From Saccostrea cucullata (lineage: Eukaryota): a DNA stretch of 64,000 nucleotides. The notes beneath the pieces are model-generated. The model saw only the letters and a list, made by a program, of their open reading frames with translations, was not told the DNA's origin and made no database searches. The stretch is from NCBI RefSeq assembly GCF_032062105.1, contig NW_026935861.1:62001-126000 (forward strand), read 5' to 3'. A program made the translations under genes and the position numbers. Positions 1-13,049 of this stretch are shown here, piece by piece. How positions within the stretch are numbered: position 1 is the first letter of the stretch; the number at the start of each line of letters is the position of its first letter.

Positions 1-68
1 TATCCGGATGCCAGATATCCGGATGCTTTTGACTAGAAACTAAAGCGTCCGGATAAATGAGGCTCCAC

Positions 69-247
69 TATAACTGTAACAAGAATCTATGTGGGGGTAA
101 GTAACAAATAACTGTAACAAGAATCTAGGTGGAGGTATCAAATAACTGTAACAGGAATCAATGTTAACAGGAATCTATGTGGGGTAAGTGACAAATAACT
201 GTAACAGGAATCTATGTGGAGGTTGGTATCAAATAACTGTAACAGAA
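69..247. repeat. Minisatellite, ~35-40 bp imperfect unit (AAATAACTGTAACAAGAATCTATGTGG...)
   Basis: About five imperfect copies of AACTGTAACA(A/G)GAATCT read directly. Confidence 0.8.
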
Positions 248-267
248 TCTTTCTGTGGTTAAGTATA

Positions 268-480
268 GAATGAAATATATGGAGATAACGAACAGTATTC
301 AATCTCAAAGTCCATTAAACAATACAAAAAAGGAGCAACCATGGACCTCTAAAACATCAGAAGTGGGATCAGGTGCCATGGAGGAGTGAGAATCCCCTGT
401 AGACCGGTCACACCTGCCGTGTGCTCCCTGTCCTGATTGGAAAATGATTTTTAAAAATCCGTCTACAATTCAGTGGAATA
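268..480 (-). mobile_element. Penelope-like element 3'-end fragment
   Basis: Reverse complement of the 14430-14625 module (GGGATCAGGTGCCATGGAGGAGTGAG...ACCGGTCACACC). Confidence 0.8.
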
Positions 481-1044
481 TGTGTATTGGTAAAAAGCCA
501 AAATTTGCAATGGTTTGATTGGCATAAAGATTTATCGAAATGTCAGAAGTCGTTCGTTTGCATTACAAGGACATGGATTTAGTGCAGTGTCTATGACCTT
601 GGTGGTTAAAGTACACTTCTACGATTCCTTAGCTTATCTATGTAATGTAATTCAAAATACATTGTTCTATTATGCAAGAATTATGTGAGACCAAAACCTA
701 CAGTAAAACCATTTCGGGTAAATAAACATTTTTTCAAACCGGAGTTCCTTTATGTGCTGAGTGTTTTGATAGTTGAAAAGGTAAGGAAAGAGGACGAAAA
801 AAATTACCAGTGTTAATGGAGTAGCCGAGGATTGGTAGGATCAAGTGTCTAGGATGAGTAAGCATCCCCGTCAAAAGCCAACGAATATTATTATTATTCT
901 TTCTTTATCTTGCAAAACTAATTATTAATTTAGATATTTACAAAATTAAGCTTCGGATCATGAAATAATCAAATTCATTGCGGATCCTGACAAACCATCA
1001 ATAAATCAATATGGTCATTATAAAATCATTTTAATATCTCATAG

Positions 1045-4000
1045 GGTCAGGAACCACCAATCCAACCGTGTCATCCTCTAGTCCCACTTACGTTCGTTTG
1101 ATCGGGGGATCCAATGCTTATGAGGGGAGAGTTGAAGTTTTCCATAATGGAATATTCGGTTCAATTTGCGATGACGGGTGGGGTGGAAGCGAAGCCCAGG
1201 TTATCTGTGGTATGCTGGGATATAGCAGGTACCTTATGACAAAGTTGATTAATTTCTGTAGTTAATTCCCAAGTTCCCAAAGAAAAACTATTACAATGCT
1301 CAATTTTGGCTAAAATTGCTCTTAGTCTGTAGAAAGGTGTTTTGATTTCTAGAAGCGGATCTGGTGGCGCACAAGGCACAGTATTCGGTGGAGCCCCACT
1401 GTATGCTAAGATATTCATGGACGAAGTGAATTGTACAGGGACAGAAGCAAGCATTGACCAGTGTCACTTCAATGGCTGGGGAGTGCACGACTGTGGGCAT
1501 GACGAAGACGCAGGAGTTATCTGCAACTCAGGTAAGACACAGGAGTTATGTGTAACTCAGGTAAGACACACAGAGTTATCTGTAACTCAGGTATCTGTCA
1601 CTCAGATATAAGTATATCAATTCCGACTTCTATGTGGGGACTTCACAATATGTCCTTTATACAGATTATTATGCTACGCTACCTCGTAAGAATTACAATA
1701 AATATGATTTTTTTTTCCCTTTTAATCCAATTGTGCTGAAGACCATTATATAACATTTTAAATCCGAAGATATTTCCCTGGTTTGTTTCGTTTTTAGCAA
1801 GTCAAGAGGATAACATCATCTTTCTTCTGGATACTGGTCTTGGTGGAGTGATTTTCAGAATGGATCTGAACACCCAGAGTTATGTGCCCATTCCTATGAA
1901 CAGTCTGTACACCCCCACAGCTTTTGATTATGACCCCACAGACGGAAGGATCTATTTTGTGGATTACAAACTTAGACAGCTGATGAGCGTACATTTCAGC
2001 GGAACTGATGTCAGAGAACTCAAACAATTAGATGCAAGTACGTACCTGATTCATAAAAAGTATAAGTTACAAATGAAACAGTTGTTTAAAAGAAAGATTA
2101 GAGTGGGATATGATATTGTTCTGAATTAATCATTTCAAAACTATTTTTATTACCTATACTCATTTTTATTTTTTGTAAAGTGCATAGATTTCTTAAAAAG
2201 CTGAGTTGAACAAGCATGGCATCATCTCGGGTAGATTTAAGAATTGTGTTTTTTGGTATCAGATGGTTTGAAGTTTGTAAACTTCAACTGAAATAATTTT
2301 ATTCCATAGTTATTGTCCTTTTCAGATGCTGATTTAGAGAAAATTCAGGTGGACCCAATCAACCGAAGGCTTTTCTACGCAGACACCGGTAATAATCTTA
2401 TTGGTACCATTAATTTAGACGGCACCGGATACAAGGTTATCGTGAACCAGGGTCTGGATGAACCACGTGACTTGGCTCTTGTTCCCGCCACACAGTAAGA
2501 TTGATGACTCTACATTTATTTCAATGTCTGCCAAATCTGTTTATTTTACTAAAGAGACATTAATGGTAAAGTGATTTCCTAGTTGTATAAAGACGATCAA
2601 ATCACTTTGGATAAAAATAATGAATTAATTTAAAACAATTGATTAGTTATATTACAAAATCAAGGAGCTCTGGAAATCATGGCCTGCACCCAGCTTGGCG
2701 GAAACGCGGGAAGAGAGAGATCGATGGGCTCCCGAGCCCGATCCCAATTACAAATTAAAAACACCCCCCAAATACACTACAATGGTAACCTAACAACGAA
2801 ACTTTATGATACCTCATTGTTTGACTTAATTTTTCAATCCTCAACTTCCCTTACATATTAAGCAATATATCTTTATCTCCTTCCTATGGGGTCTATTTTT
2901 CTGAGTTAATTAGATACGGAAGTACATGTTCTACGTATGAACAATTTTTAAATTAGATACATATAACCTGTAAAATGACCTCGTTAGCAAATAAAACCTA
3001 TCATTAAAAAATTCTGACCGACGTTTTTCATGCTAATTTATAGGTCATAATTTGCACACTGAATTGCCTACGGATTTCCCGTTTTTTCCCTAATCATGAC
3101 GAGGCACACGGCGAGAGTAAACATCGGCAGGGCATGCTCACTCCTTCAGAGCCTCTGATTCCACCTCAGTCTGTTTTTGGAGATCCGTGTTCACTCTGCT
3201 TCTGACTTTTTTTTTGTTTATATGGATTATGAGCTCAAATATTGTCCGTTATTTCCATTTTACACTTAAATAATTTAATTATGTCTGTATTTAGCCTCTG
3301 ATTGGTTAATATCCAAAAGGAACACAAATTATATTTGTAAAACCTGGTTTGGGATGTGGACATACCCCCTGACATGCAACCAGCTGTATTCTGTATTCAT
3401 GCAATTCTCTTCATGCAATCTTCTAATTTCTACTCCTCGAGATCCATGAAACATTCCACATTTAATAAATTCAAACCGAAAAATCTCATTGTGTTACCAC
3501 ATGTAAACATACATCATGGCTGCAATGTATAAATATCAGTTTCTAGATCCCCTCACTTCCCCTTGCTTTCGGCTACTAGAGTTGTATTATTGAGCAGCAA
3601 CATTCTACAACCACAGCTGTTTAATCATTTTATTATTACATTATAAGGAATGACTGTAATTCTTGGCAAATTATTCGAGTTTAACCTGGTTCTACGCTGT
3701 TTTTTTACGAATTGCAGATTGTAAAGCGTAAGCCGACTCATACCAAGTTATATTCGAGTACTAGAATCATTCCCGAAGTGAAACGGTCGATGTCATTAAC
3801 TTTTGCAAAACACATTCCAGATTTTTTTTTCGAGCTTGGCTGAATGATTAAAGAAATTACATGTAGGGAAGAAAAGCCAAGGTCTTCAAAATGTACAGTC
3901 TTGGAAGTGAAGAGCTGAAGTTACTGGCAATATTGGTACAATTTAGACGAGAAAACAACTTCAGAGGAGTCGGTTGTGAAGTCAATGTTATTTTAATATT

Positions 4001-7000
4001 ACCCTACTGAAATTGGGAATTCGCATACAAGAAAACAAGCTACTAATATCGTAATATTGCTAGCGTTCAAGAATTGCAGGGGGAATTCGATCAGAAATGC
4101 AAGTTTGAACATGTGCTTGCTTCTCTAAATTTCACTTCTATTATATTTAGAACAATATACTGGACAGACTGGGGGTCAAGTCCAAAGATCGAGAAAGCCA
4201 ACTATGATGGAGGAAGCAGACAAACTCTGGCATCCACCAATCTAAAATGGCCAAATGGTCTAGCATACGATTATGAAGGTAGATATCCATGTAAATGGTT
4301 TATTTTATTTAGTTTTATTAATCAGAGATGTGATGGCATCTATTTTAATCACTTTTATTTACAGAGAATAGGCTTTATTTCGTGGATGCCGGTACGCATA
4401 AAATCGAAGCTATGCAGCCGGACGGAAGTGCCCGCACCACCATTTTAACCGACACAACCGCCCACTTTTTCGCTTTGTCGCCTTACAAACAGTACCTTTA
4501 TTACACCGACTGGAATCAACAGTAAGTATATCTACTTATATATTGTCTTTTATATCTTAGCGAAGAAGTAGGCCTCGTGTTTATTAATTTTAAATTCGCT
4601 CTTCAGTACGGTGATGAGAGTAAATAAGGACGGTACTGGTAAGACCAATGTCGGACCTACCGGTTTCCGGCAGTTAGCGGACATTAGGGTCCACAAGTAT
4701 GGATACGGAATGCCAGGTAAAATTATTTTAAAGAGCTATATGCGGTATATTGCATATATTTGCCCCCACAAAAGTCATATTTTTAAAACTTCCTTAAATG
4801 TTCTGAATTCAATAAATTGTATGAGAAATATAAATTAACAGAAAATATTATAGTGTCAAAGCAGTGTATTCACAATTTTTGTTTTTATGACGTCACAAAC
4901 TAGTCCGATTTAATATCCTTTTTCAGAAAGAGGACAAAATGGACAAAATTTCAACAATTTTAGCTTTAAAATTTATAGAGCGCAAGTTTGTTCAGGAACA
5001 ATATTGACATATTTCATTGATATTATCATTCTACACATTACATCAAAATATTGATCCTGAACACACATGCGCTCGGTGACTTTTGCTCAAAATATCGACG
5101 GAATATGTACATTTATCTGTAAAATTCATAAAAAACTAAAATTTACGTCATGTTTGTGACGTCATTACGTACATATGGCGTCATTACTTATAAAAATATT
5201 CAGTGCTTTGAAGTCAGCATAAAAATACTCCCCTGTTTAAGAACTTAATAAAATATATCTCCATCAAAGTTTGATTTGGGGGGGGGGGGGCAAATATTTT
5301 TTATTACCGAATAAAGTTCTTTAGCATTTTTTCAGAAAAAAATGGTTAACATATATAAAAGCAGTTGTCAATCATGCAATGGTGGCTTATTTCTAGGTGT
5401 GGTTACTCCCTCACCTATTGTGGTAGACGAGAGCCATATTTTTGTTCGTCTCGTGGGTAAGGGGGAGCATTACGAAGGTCTAGTTGAGGTTTACATTAAT
5501 GGAGAATGGGGGACCATTTGTGACGACATGTGGGACGAAAGAGAGGCTAAGGTCGTCTGCGAAATGTTGGGATTTGGAAAGTATGCCCCGGTTTAACTAA
5601 TTAATTATGTGCGCTTTGATGAGCTACTATACTATATTTTTGAATGAATACTTGGAAATTTTACCAGGACCGGAGCGAAGGCCGTTTCTCGGGCGTACTA
5701 CGGGACAGACAGTTCTGTTATCATCTTCCTGGATGACGTGAATTGTACAGGTGAAGAGTCTCACATCGCTCAGTGCACGAAGATTGGAGACTGGGGGCTC
5801 CATAACTGCCGACATAATGAGGACGCGGGGGTCAACTGTACATTCAGTACGTCTTTACTGGTTAAGCTTTTGTATCCTTTTTGCTTGATATTCTAGTGAC
5901 ATTTTTGCATGATATTCTAATGACTTTTCTGCATGATATTCTAGAGACCATTGAGGCCAAATGGCTTCTTGTAAAAAACTTATCTTAATTAACAAGAGTA
6001 AAATTAAGCTCTACATCTTTAAATTTAATATGTTCTGAAACGATTGTATTTACTTCAATGGAACACAACTTCCGTATTATATCTTGTACTGAATAACTCT
6101 GTTATTCGGCGTTTTAGATGCAGCCACTATTCGTGACTTTGTGTTGGTGGCCGATTCCTATGTTCAGGAGATTTACAGAATGGACCTGGAGAGTGGTAGT
6201 TACTCCGCTATCCCCCAGTACTCTGTGAACACCCCTATAGCTATAGACTATAACCCCCTCACTCATACCGTCTTCTACACAGACGTAGCTCTTCACCGTA
6301 TCAAAAGCACCAGTTTAGACGGAACCAACGAAAAAATCCTGAAACAGCTCAACGCTGGTGGGTTATTTAACAAATATACTAATTTTTGTCCAGACACAAA
6401 ATTATAATTTTTAGTTCACAAATCAGAGTAAAATTCTTTTATTTTAAAGTCCTTATGAAACAACTTAACATTATTAAGGAATGTTGATAGTAATTGACTT
6501 GAAGACTTGAAGGTACTTGAAAAGGCATACCAGGCTTTAGATTTTGTTTGTGGACTGAAAAGAAATTTAGATCTGTTGAATTATAGTTACATAAATTGTA
6601 AAAAAAAAAAAAAAAAAAGAAACGATGTAAGTCCAAGTGCAACTTTGTTATAAAATCAGATCGTAATATACAGTAGTTATGAAATAAGAAACCTGATTGA
6701 AAATCAAATTTTGATATCTTTTCTTGCAGTTTCTGTACCAGATGGTCTAACTATTGACGTACAGAACCAATTGTTGTTCTATACTGACACCGGAAATGAC
6801 GTCATAGTGAAAATGAATTTGGATGGATCAAATGTGGTTAATGTTACCAATGCAAACTTGGATGAACCTCGAGCTGTGACTCTGGATGTTGCTAATCAGT
6901 GAGGAGTTTTTGTTTTATTGAGAATGGCATGTATGGGCTGCGTGACCCGAGGCAACCCTTCACTAGAGGGTGCACTATGCAAGCTTTTCTCTGTTTATAA

Positions 7001-8067
7001 CAAAGTTTATTGGTTACCTAGTACCTTCAACGCAAGGTTTTCTGCTCACAGTTGAAGATATATTTCGCCTCTTTCCAGCATTGATCAATTAACTACATGT
7101 ATCTTACATTCCCTTATTTTAAAAATATTCTAAAATCTACCTGTACATTTAATTCAATTATGTATCTTTTAAAGTCGTCTCCACAGATCAATCAAATTTT
7201 GCTCGTTATATCCGACAACAGATTCACAACAAGAAGGTTCACTGGTTACTTAGTACCTTCTTAGCTACTTATTTTGTATCTAGATTAAAATTACTATATC
7301 AAAAACAAAGGCTGCATGACGCAAACTTAACATCGTTTAATTTCAAGTTTAATTTTAACTAGAGTTGTATACTGGACGGATTGGGGAGCCCATCCGAAGA
7401 TTGAGAAGGCTAATTACGACGGCACTAACCGACAGACTCTGGTCGACAGCGGATTGAAATATCCTAACGGACTAGTTTATGACGGAACAAGTGAGTGTTT
7501 TCATCAAGAATGTGAAAAAAGAACGATCGTGTATTTTTTTCTGAGTTTTTCCCTATAAATTCTTGGCATTCATCAAGAATGTGAAAAAAGAACGAATGTG
7601 TACATATTTTTTCAGCCAACAAGTTATTTTTGTGTGATGCGGGCACAAATAAGATAGAGAAGATGGACACGAATGGCCAGAACCGACAACTCGTTTTCCA
7701 GGACGCTGGGGCACATTTCTTCGGAATCGACGTGGACTCTCAGTATATTTATGTCTCCGACTGGACTAAAGAGTGAGTGTGACACAAAACATTGTGAGAC
7801 AGAGGAAAGGTTATATTTTTGAAAATCAAATATGTCAAGTTGCAAGATTAACAGAAACATTGAATTGAGGAAATTTTAGGCATGTACTTTTTGCAGATCC
7901 ACCTTACATTGTACTGTTATAAGGCGGTATCTATGAAAACATGTTGTTGTTTTTTCTATTTCAGTGGGGTTGTGCGATTGTTAAAGGATGGAACAGGCGA
8001 GACCCCTGTCGGACCCCCATCCTTTGGTAAACTGAATGGTGTCGCACTCTATCATCAGGGAGGTTAA
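1045..8067 (+). CDS. 3' part of a multi-exon gene: tandem [SRCR - YWTD/LDLR class B beta-propeller] x2 protein (DMBT1/LRP-like mosaic); 5' end upstream or outside the window
   Basis: 14 GT-AG exons: 1045-1228, 1353-1531, 1798-2037, 2326-2494, 4151-4278, 4365-4521, 4607-4716, 5397-5580, 5668-5846, 6118-6357, 6730-6898, 7363-7490, 7616-7772, 7965-8067. SRCR motifs [26 protein letters not shown] and [15 protein letters not shown] blades [32 protein letters not shown]. Stop TAA at 8067 with AATAAA at ~8095. Confidence 0.9.
2780..3262 (+). mobile_element. Penelope-like element fragment (RT C-terminus plus 3' UTR), intronic
   Basis: [10 protein letters not shown] coding remnant identical to the translation at ~14085-14115, followed by the 3' module. 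Confidence 0.8.
4729..5323. mobile_element. MITE (~590 bp), same family as 47889-48473
   Basis: Imperfect terminal inverted repeats (TIRs) AAAGAGCTATATGCGGTA...TACCGAATAAAGTTCTTT; near-identical second copy at 47889-48473. Confidence 0.85.
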
Positions 8068-8647
8068 TCAAGCTTTCCAGCCCTTGTTCTGTTAAATAAA
8101 TGGATTTTTTTCCAAGAAATATAACTATTTTAAAACAAATGTGTATTGCTGTTTTTATTAAACATTAAAATTGAATTTACAATGTCAACATATTTTGCAT
8201 ATATAAAAGTCTATACATTCAGTTTCCAGTTGTTTATTTACAAACATATAAATTTTCAGTTCTTGTTATCGCAAAGATTATAAAATACAGAAAATGAGTA
8301 TTTTGTATTCCAAACAGCTGGCAGTTTTAGCGATCTTATAGTGAAAGTGTAAACATAAAATTCTTCAAAATTATTTTCCATGCAGAATAATTTTTTAAGA
8401 AATTAAAGTAGGCAAATATACCCCGGGTAATGTAAGAAAAACTTAATTTTGGCAAAAATAGTTGCAAGCGAAACTTGAACAAAAAATGTTGCTGCAATAA
8501 TTTAATTTTAATGCTAAAGTTAATAGATTCGGGAGGGGAATGTATTTGATACTTTTTCGAACAGCCGTGCTGTTTTCAATTCGTTAAAAGAGCCAGTTGT
8601 TTGGTAATTGTACGGGTATAATTATGCGGTGTTTCAAGGCATTGAGA

Positions 8648-10033
8648 TCACCAGCACCCCGATTGTAAGGTTTTATGATAAGGTAAATTCTGAGTATTTA
8701 ATCCTAAACTCTCGGCGTATTTAATGGCGGCGTTCTCCTCGTCAGGGGTGAGGGTGGGGTTTCGAGACAGGATGTGGATGCAGTAGTTCGTAATGAGGCC
8801 CAGAAAGGAGCTGCAGTCATACTCAATTGCTACATTATCTGTTAGGTAGATTATAGTGTAATCTGCCTGAAACAAAGAAAACAATGCATTTGAACTTTAA
8901 TGAATTCCCCATTTTTTTTCCAATTTCCATAATTCGAGAAAGAATACAATGAAGGTAAATTAACAAGATGTGTAAACTGAGAACAACTTTTGTCCAAAAC
9001 GGATATAAACAGATTTCTAATTAGATTGTATATTTTATGCTTTTTCTAAACGCTTTTGAAAATTTCGCGCTTTGATTTGAAAGCAACAAAAGTCGATAAA
9101 GCTTACTTTAGGTGCTCCAGGGAAGAAGCCTTCTTTCCAGTGACCCAGCGGACCCTCGTTTGTTAGTGATCCTACAACAATTGATAGATTCAAATAATTT
9201 TAGAGCGAATCAGACTAACGGAAACAAGAAGAGACATTTTAAAAAGTAAAAAAATGAAGCATTCCCTGATGTGCTGTCATTGAATATGAAAGGCTAAATC
9301 TTTAACATGTTAATAAAAGATGTAAACCTGTGGCGTTCATAAAATCTCCACTTGGCGCCAGTTTCCTGCAGCTGTTGATGGCCTTGGAGTCCCCGGATGT
9401 TGAGGAGGGATCTGGTTGGACGTCTATCGTCGTACACACGCAGTCTTTCTCGAAGAACCCTCCGCCAGCGGTCTGTGCTTTAGACACTTCGTACCATAGT
9501 CCGTTATATCTCTCATTCCGAAATCCAGAGGCCACAGGTGGGGACTTGCAGGAATTGGCACCTAATATAAACGCATTGCTAATCCCCAGTAGGAAAACCT
9601 TTAAAGTAAACAGTTAAATTTTCCTCCTTAAGAGAAATGGAACATGTGATGAATTTCTTTCATTTCAACTTTTAAAACATTTATTCATATTGTCGTGTTC
9701 ATTTAGAACTCTTTGGAAAGCAACTGACTGATTTTTTATACAATCATGTATTTGCATAAAAAATTATTAATTAAATTTGCTATGTCTTAATTGCAGTTTT
9801 TTTCTTTTTTGTAAAATGGTGATAAAATATCTCTGAAACAATGCATAAGAATAATCTTTTACCAATTACCAGCGTTTATGATTACGAAACTTTTTATCAT
9901 TAGCATTAATTTACCATAGCATAAAGATCCATCCTATCCAGAAACCAGTTTAAATTTCTTTTAACCGATTAATTGTAATAAATGGTATTTATATTAAAAA
10001 ATAATCTACCTGCAATAGAAATACCGCTTCCAT
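8648..10033 (-). CDS. Secreted lipocalin, apolipoprotein D-like (192 aa)
   Basis: Exons 10033-10010, 9598-9328, 9171-9107, 8866-8648 join in frame (579 nt). Signal peptide MEAVFLLQVFLLGISNA; C..PPVASGF...YNGLWYEV (lipocalin GxWY motif); ILSRNPTL motif; C-terminal Cys (QSGCW). Confidence 0.9.
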
Positions 10034-10068
10034 ATTTGTTCTGTGTATAGGAATAATTATTTGATGCC

Positions 10069-10078
10069 TATTTATATA
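10069..10078 (-). promoter_or_regulatory. Candidate TATA box of the lipocalin gene
   Basis: TATATAAATA on the minus strand ~35 nt upstream of the ATG. Confidence 0.5.
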
Positions 10079-10189
10079 CTGCGTACTTCTCACATGTACG
10101 ATCACGTTACTTAGGAGTTCGTTATCAGTGTTTCATAAGAAAATTTATGTGCAAAGGTCTTTGTTGTCTTAGAATTTAAAAAAAAATTT

Positions 10190-10770
10190 AGAATGAAATA
10201 CATGGAGAAAACGAACAGTACTTAAGCTCAAAACAATAAAACAATACAAAATGGGAACAGAGCAAACACGATCTCCGAAACATCAGAGGTGGGATCAGGT
10301 GCAATGGAGGAGTGAGCATCCCTTGCCGACCGGTCACGCCATGTGCTGCTTGTCATGATCGGGAAAAACAGAAAAATCCGTCGTCCATTCTGTGTGTAAA
10401 TAATGGACAAACAATTGGTATGAAAAACGTCAGCATTTGACACAATGATAAATTGTATTTGCTGACAAGGTCATGTGTCGACCACAGTACTTACCAAATG
10501 ATGACATAAAACGAGACGGCTGATAATCTTGTTGATTCAACTTGTTTGTCAATAATTTACCTCGTTTCAGAAATTATTCATACTTAGAACATTCTCTTGC
10601 GTATTGAATCAACTGAGAGGTATGACCCAGTTTGCAGGTGATGAAGGTATATTGCTGCATATGTAAAGGAGGTAACTGTTGTTAATTTACATCGTCGATA
10701 TATGTTGAAGTTTAGCTGAGGTAATTGCAAATTATGCAGCAATATACCTTCGTCACCTGCATATTGTAAA
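10190..10770 (-). mobile_element. Penelope-like element 3' fragment
   Basis: Reverse-complement match to ~14130-14625. Confidence 0.8.
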
Positions 10771-12548
10771 TTACGCAAATTTGAAATTGACTTTCAAAGT
10801 TTTCAGATTTCCATAACCTAAATTTAAGTGGAAATACTTTATCTCCCTCTAAAGAAGAGTTTGAGTATCACACGGACATTTGGGGGGGGGGGGGTCTGAA
10901 AATTTACAAATTCAAGATGTGTAAATTTTTAAGATTATTTGTAAACTATTTAATTTATAAAAATTTACACATTAATCTGTATATTTTACAAATTAATATG
11001 TATATTTTATAATTAATCTCAATTGGTGAAATCAATACTTGATTAAATCTATTCATTTCAACATTAAATCTGTAAATTTTACGCTGAAATATGTAAAATG
11101 TTCATTATCTATCTGTTAGTTTTACACTTTAATTTGTATAATTTACACTTTAACCAGTAAGATTTCCTTTTTTATTTTGAAAAAATTTACATTTTTGTTT
11201 TAAAATATACAATTATACATTTTATTTTCTAAATTTTACACAATTATTTGTGTAATTTGTAAAGAATAATTCCCGTGAATATTCTAAATTCCATTTGTTG
11301 AAAACATGATTATAACTATTTAAAAATTCCATTTATTGAATTGTGAATAATGCACTCATTGAATTTTTTTTTTTTTACAAGTGTCATTTTATCATTTTGT
11401 TGCATTGATAAAACTCTAATATACACGAATCCATTGTTCTGTACAACTGTGAAATATACTTCAGCCATGTAACAGGAAATCACTTTATATGAACGCACAC
11501 AATACACAGGTAATCAACAGAGAGAAGTGATTTGATATATAAAGCAGTACAATGTAGTCAATTTCAACAGAAAACTGCATAGTTACGGTGCTGCTTAATA
11601 TATAAAATGCATGTTTTTTTTTTAATTAAAATTTGAATAAACTATTATATAGGGTTTTTTATTTGTTTTAAAAATTAAATCAGTTATTAATACATTTTTA
11701 TTTACATCATATTGACAGTATACTCAAGTAAATTGAACAGCACTAATTAGGAATTCTGAAAAGAATCCAATGTTTGATTTTTTTGAAAGTGTTTAAAATT
11801 GCACATCAGTTGTATCTTAGAAGTGCAGCTTGACTAAATTAGTTGAAAATGCATTTAAAAGACAACTTGAAGTCAACTGCTTGTATTCCTAAAATTGTCA
11901 GATGTAAACATTTTTTAAAGCAAAGTCTAAAGTCTTGTGTTAAAGTTAAATTACATGTAATTTGAAACAGTTTATTTATCTAAATTCTTAAATATTTGTG
12001 ATGATTGGTCTTTAAAAAAGCTACATAAAGTACAAGAAATGCTGGAAAATGCACCATTTTAGAACTATTTAAAACAATTTTTTTTTGGGGGGGGGGGGAA
12101 GAAGCCCCCCCCCCCCCACTTCATTTTTTTAAACAAGGTCTAAAGTCTTGTGTTAAAGTTAAATCAAATTGAAACATTTTATTTTTCTGGATTCTTAAAA
12201 ATTTGTGATGATTGGTCTTTAAAAAAGCTACAAAAAGTACAAAAGAATGCTGGAAAATGCACCATTTAGAACCATTTAAAACAAAATTTTCTCGGGGGAG
12301 GCCCCCCGAACCCCCACCTATGGGAGTGGGACACCCCCTCCCATGCCCTCCCCCTTCGGCCCTTTGGGCCTCAAAACCCCCCCACATGAACTTCTGGATC
12401 CGCCACTGATTGTGAATAATGCATGTAATATTTTTTGGAAAAAGATGTCAAAGGTAACATAACAGCAACACTTTTTTTACAATCGTCACTTATATTGCAA
12501 TAAAGTATTATCACCTTTATATAAAGTTTGCCTCCAAAGTGATTTGAT

Positions 12549-12760
12549 ACTATATATCACTTTTATTTCGCGAGAACTTTATTTTCGCGTAATTACGCGA
12601 GACAGTGTGCTCGCGAAAATTTAATTCTCGCGTATAATAGTATTCCTTAAGATTATATAGAGCAATAACCGCAATTCGCGAAAATTTTGTCTCGATAATC
12701 AAGAGTCAATTACTATCTCGCGAAAATAAGGTGTCGCGAAAATTTAATGATCTACATTAT
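12549..12760. mobile_element. Short palindromic MITE rich in TCGCGA/CGCGAAAAT motifs
   Basis: Imperfect inverted ends (TACTATATATCAC... / ...TGATCTACATTA) and repeated TCGCG(A/T) words in AT-rich DNA. Confidence 0.5.
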
Positions 12761-13049
12761 ACTAAAGCATGTTCCACGAAAGAACAATTTCTTGAGGGAG
12801 GCAATTTATTAAGAATATAAATGCTTTCTTTTAAAGTTAAAATATTGCAGATTATATGGTTGAAACAATGACCTTGTAATCAAGTACAATTTACTAGTAT
12901 CTCTTAGCCGATTGTTGACTGTCATATTTCATAAATATTGTTAGGCCATTATTTCTTATCATAACCGGTTTGACCGGTGGAGAGGAAACCTTACTCCTTC
13001 ATGGAACCTCATCCTGTCTCTGATGTTTTCAGAGAGATCTTCTTGTTTG

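Noticed and set aside
7497-7612. ~70-bp duplication within a short intron
   Set aside because: Simple slippage duplication that does not affect splice sites.
11905-12410. Local ~190-bp duplication with G/C runs
   Set aside because: Looks like an ordinary non-autonomous repeat end (..GGATCCGCCACTG); boundaries not definable.
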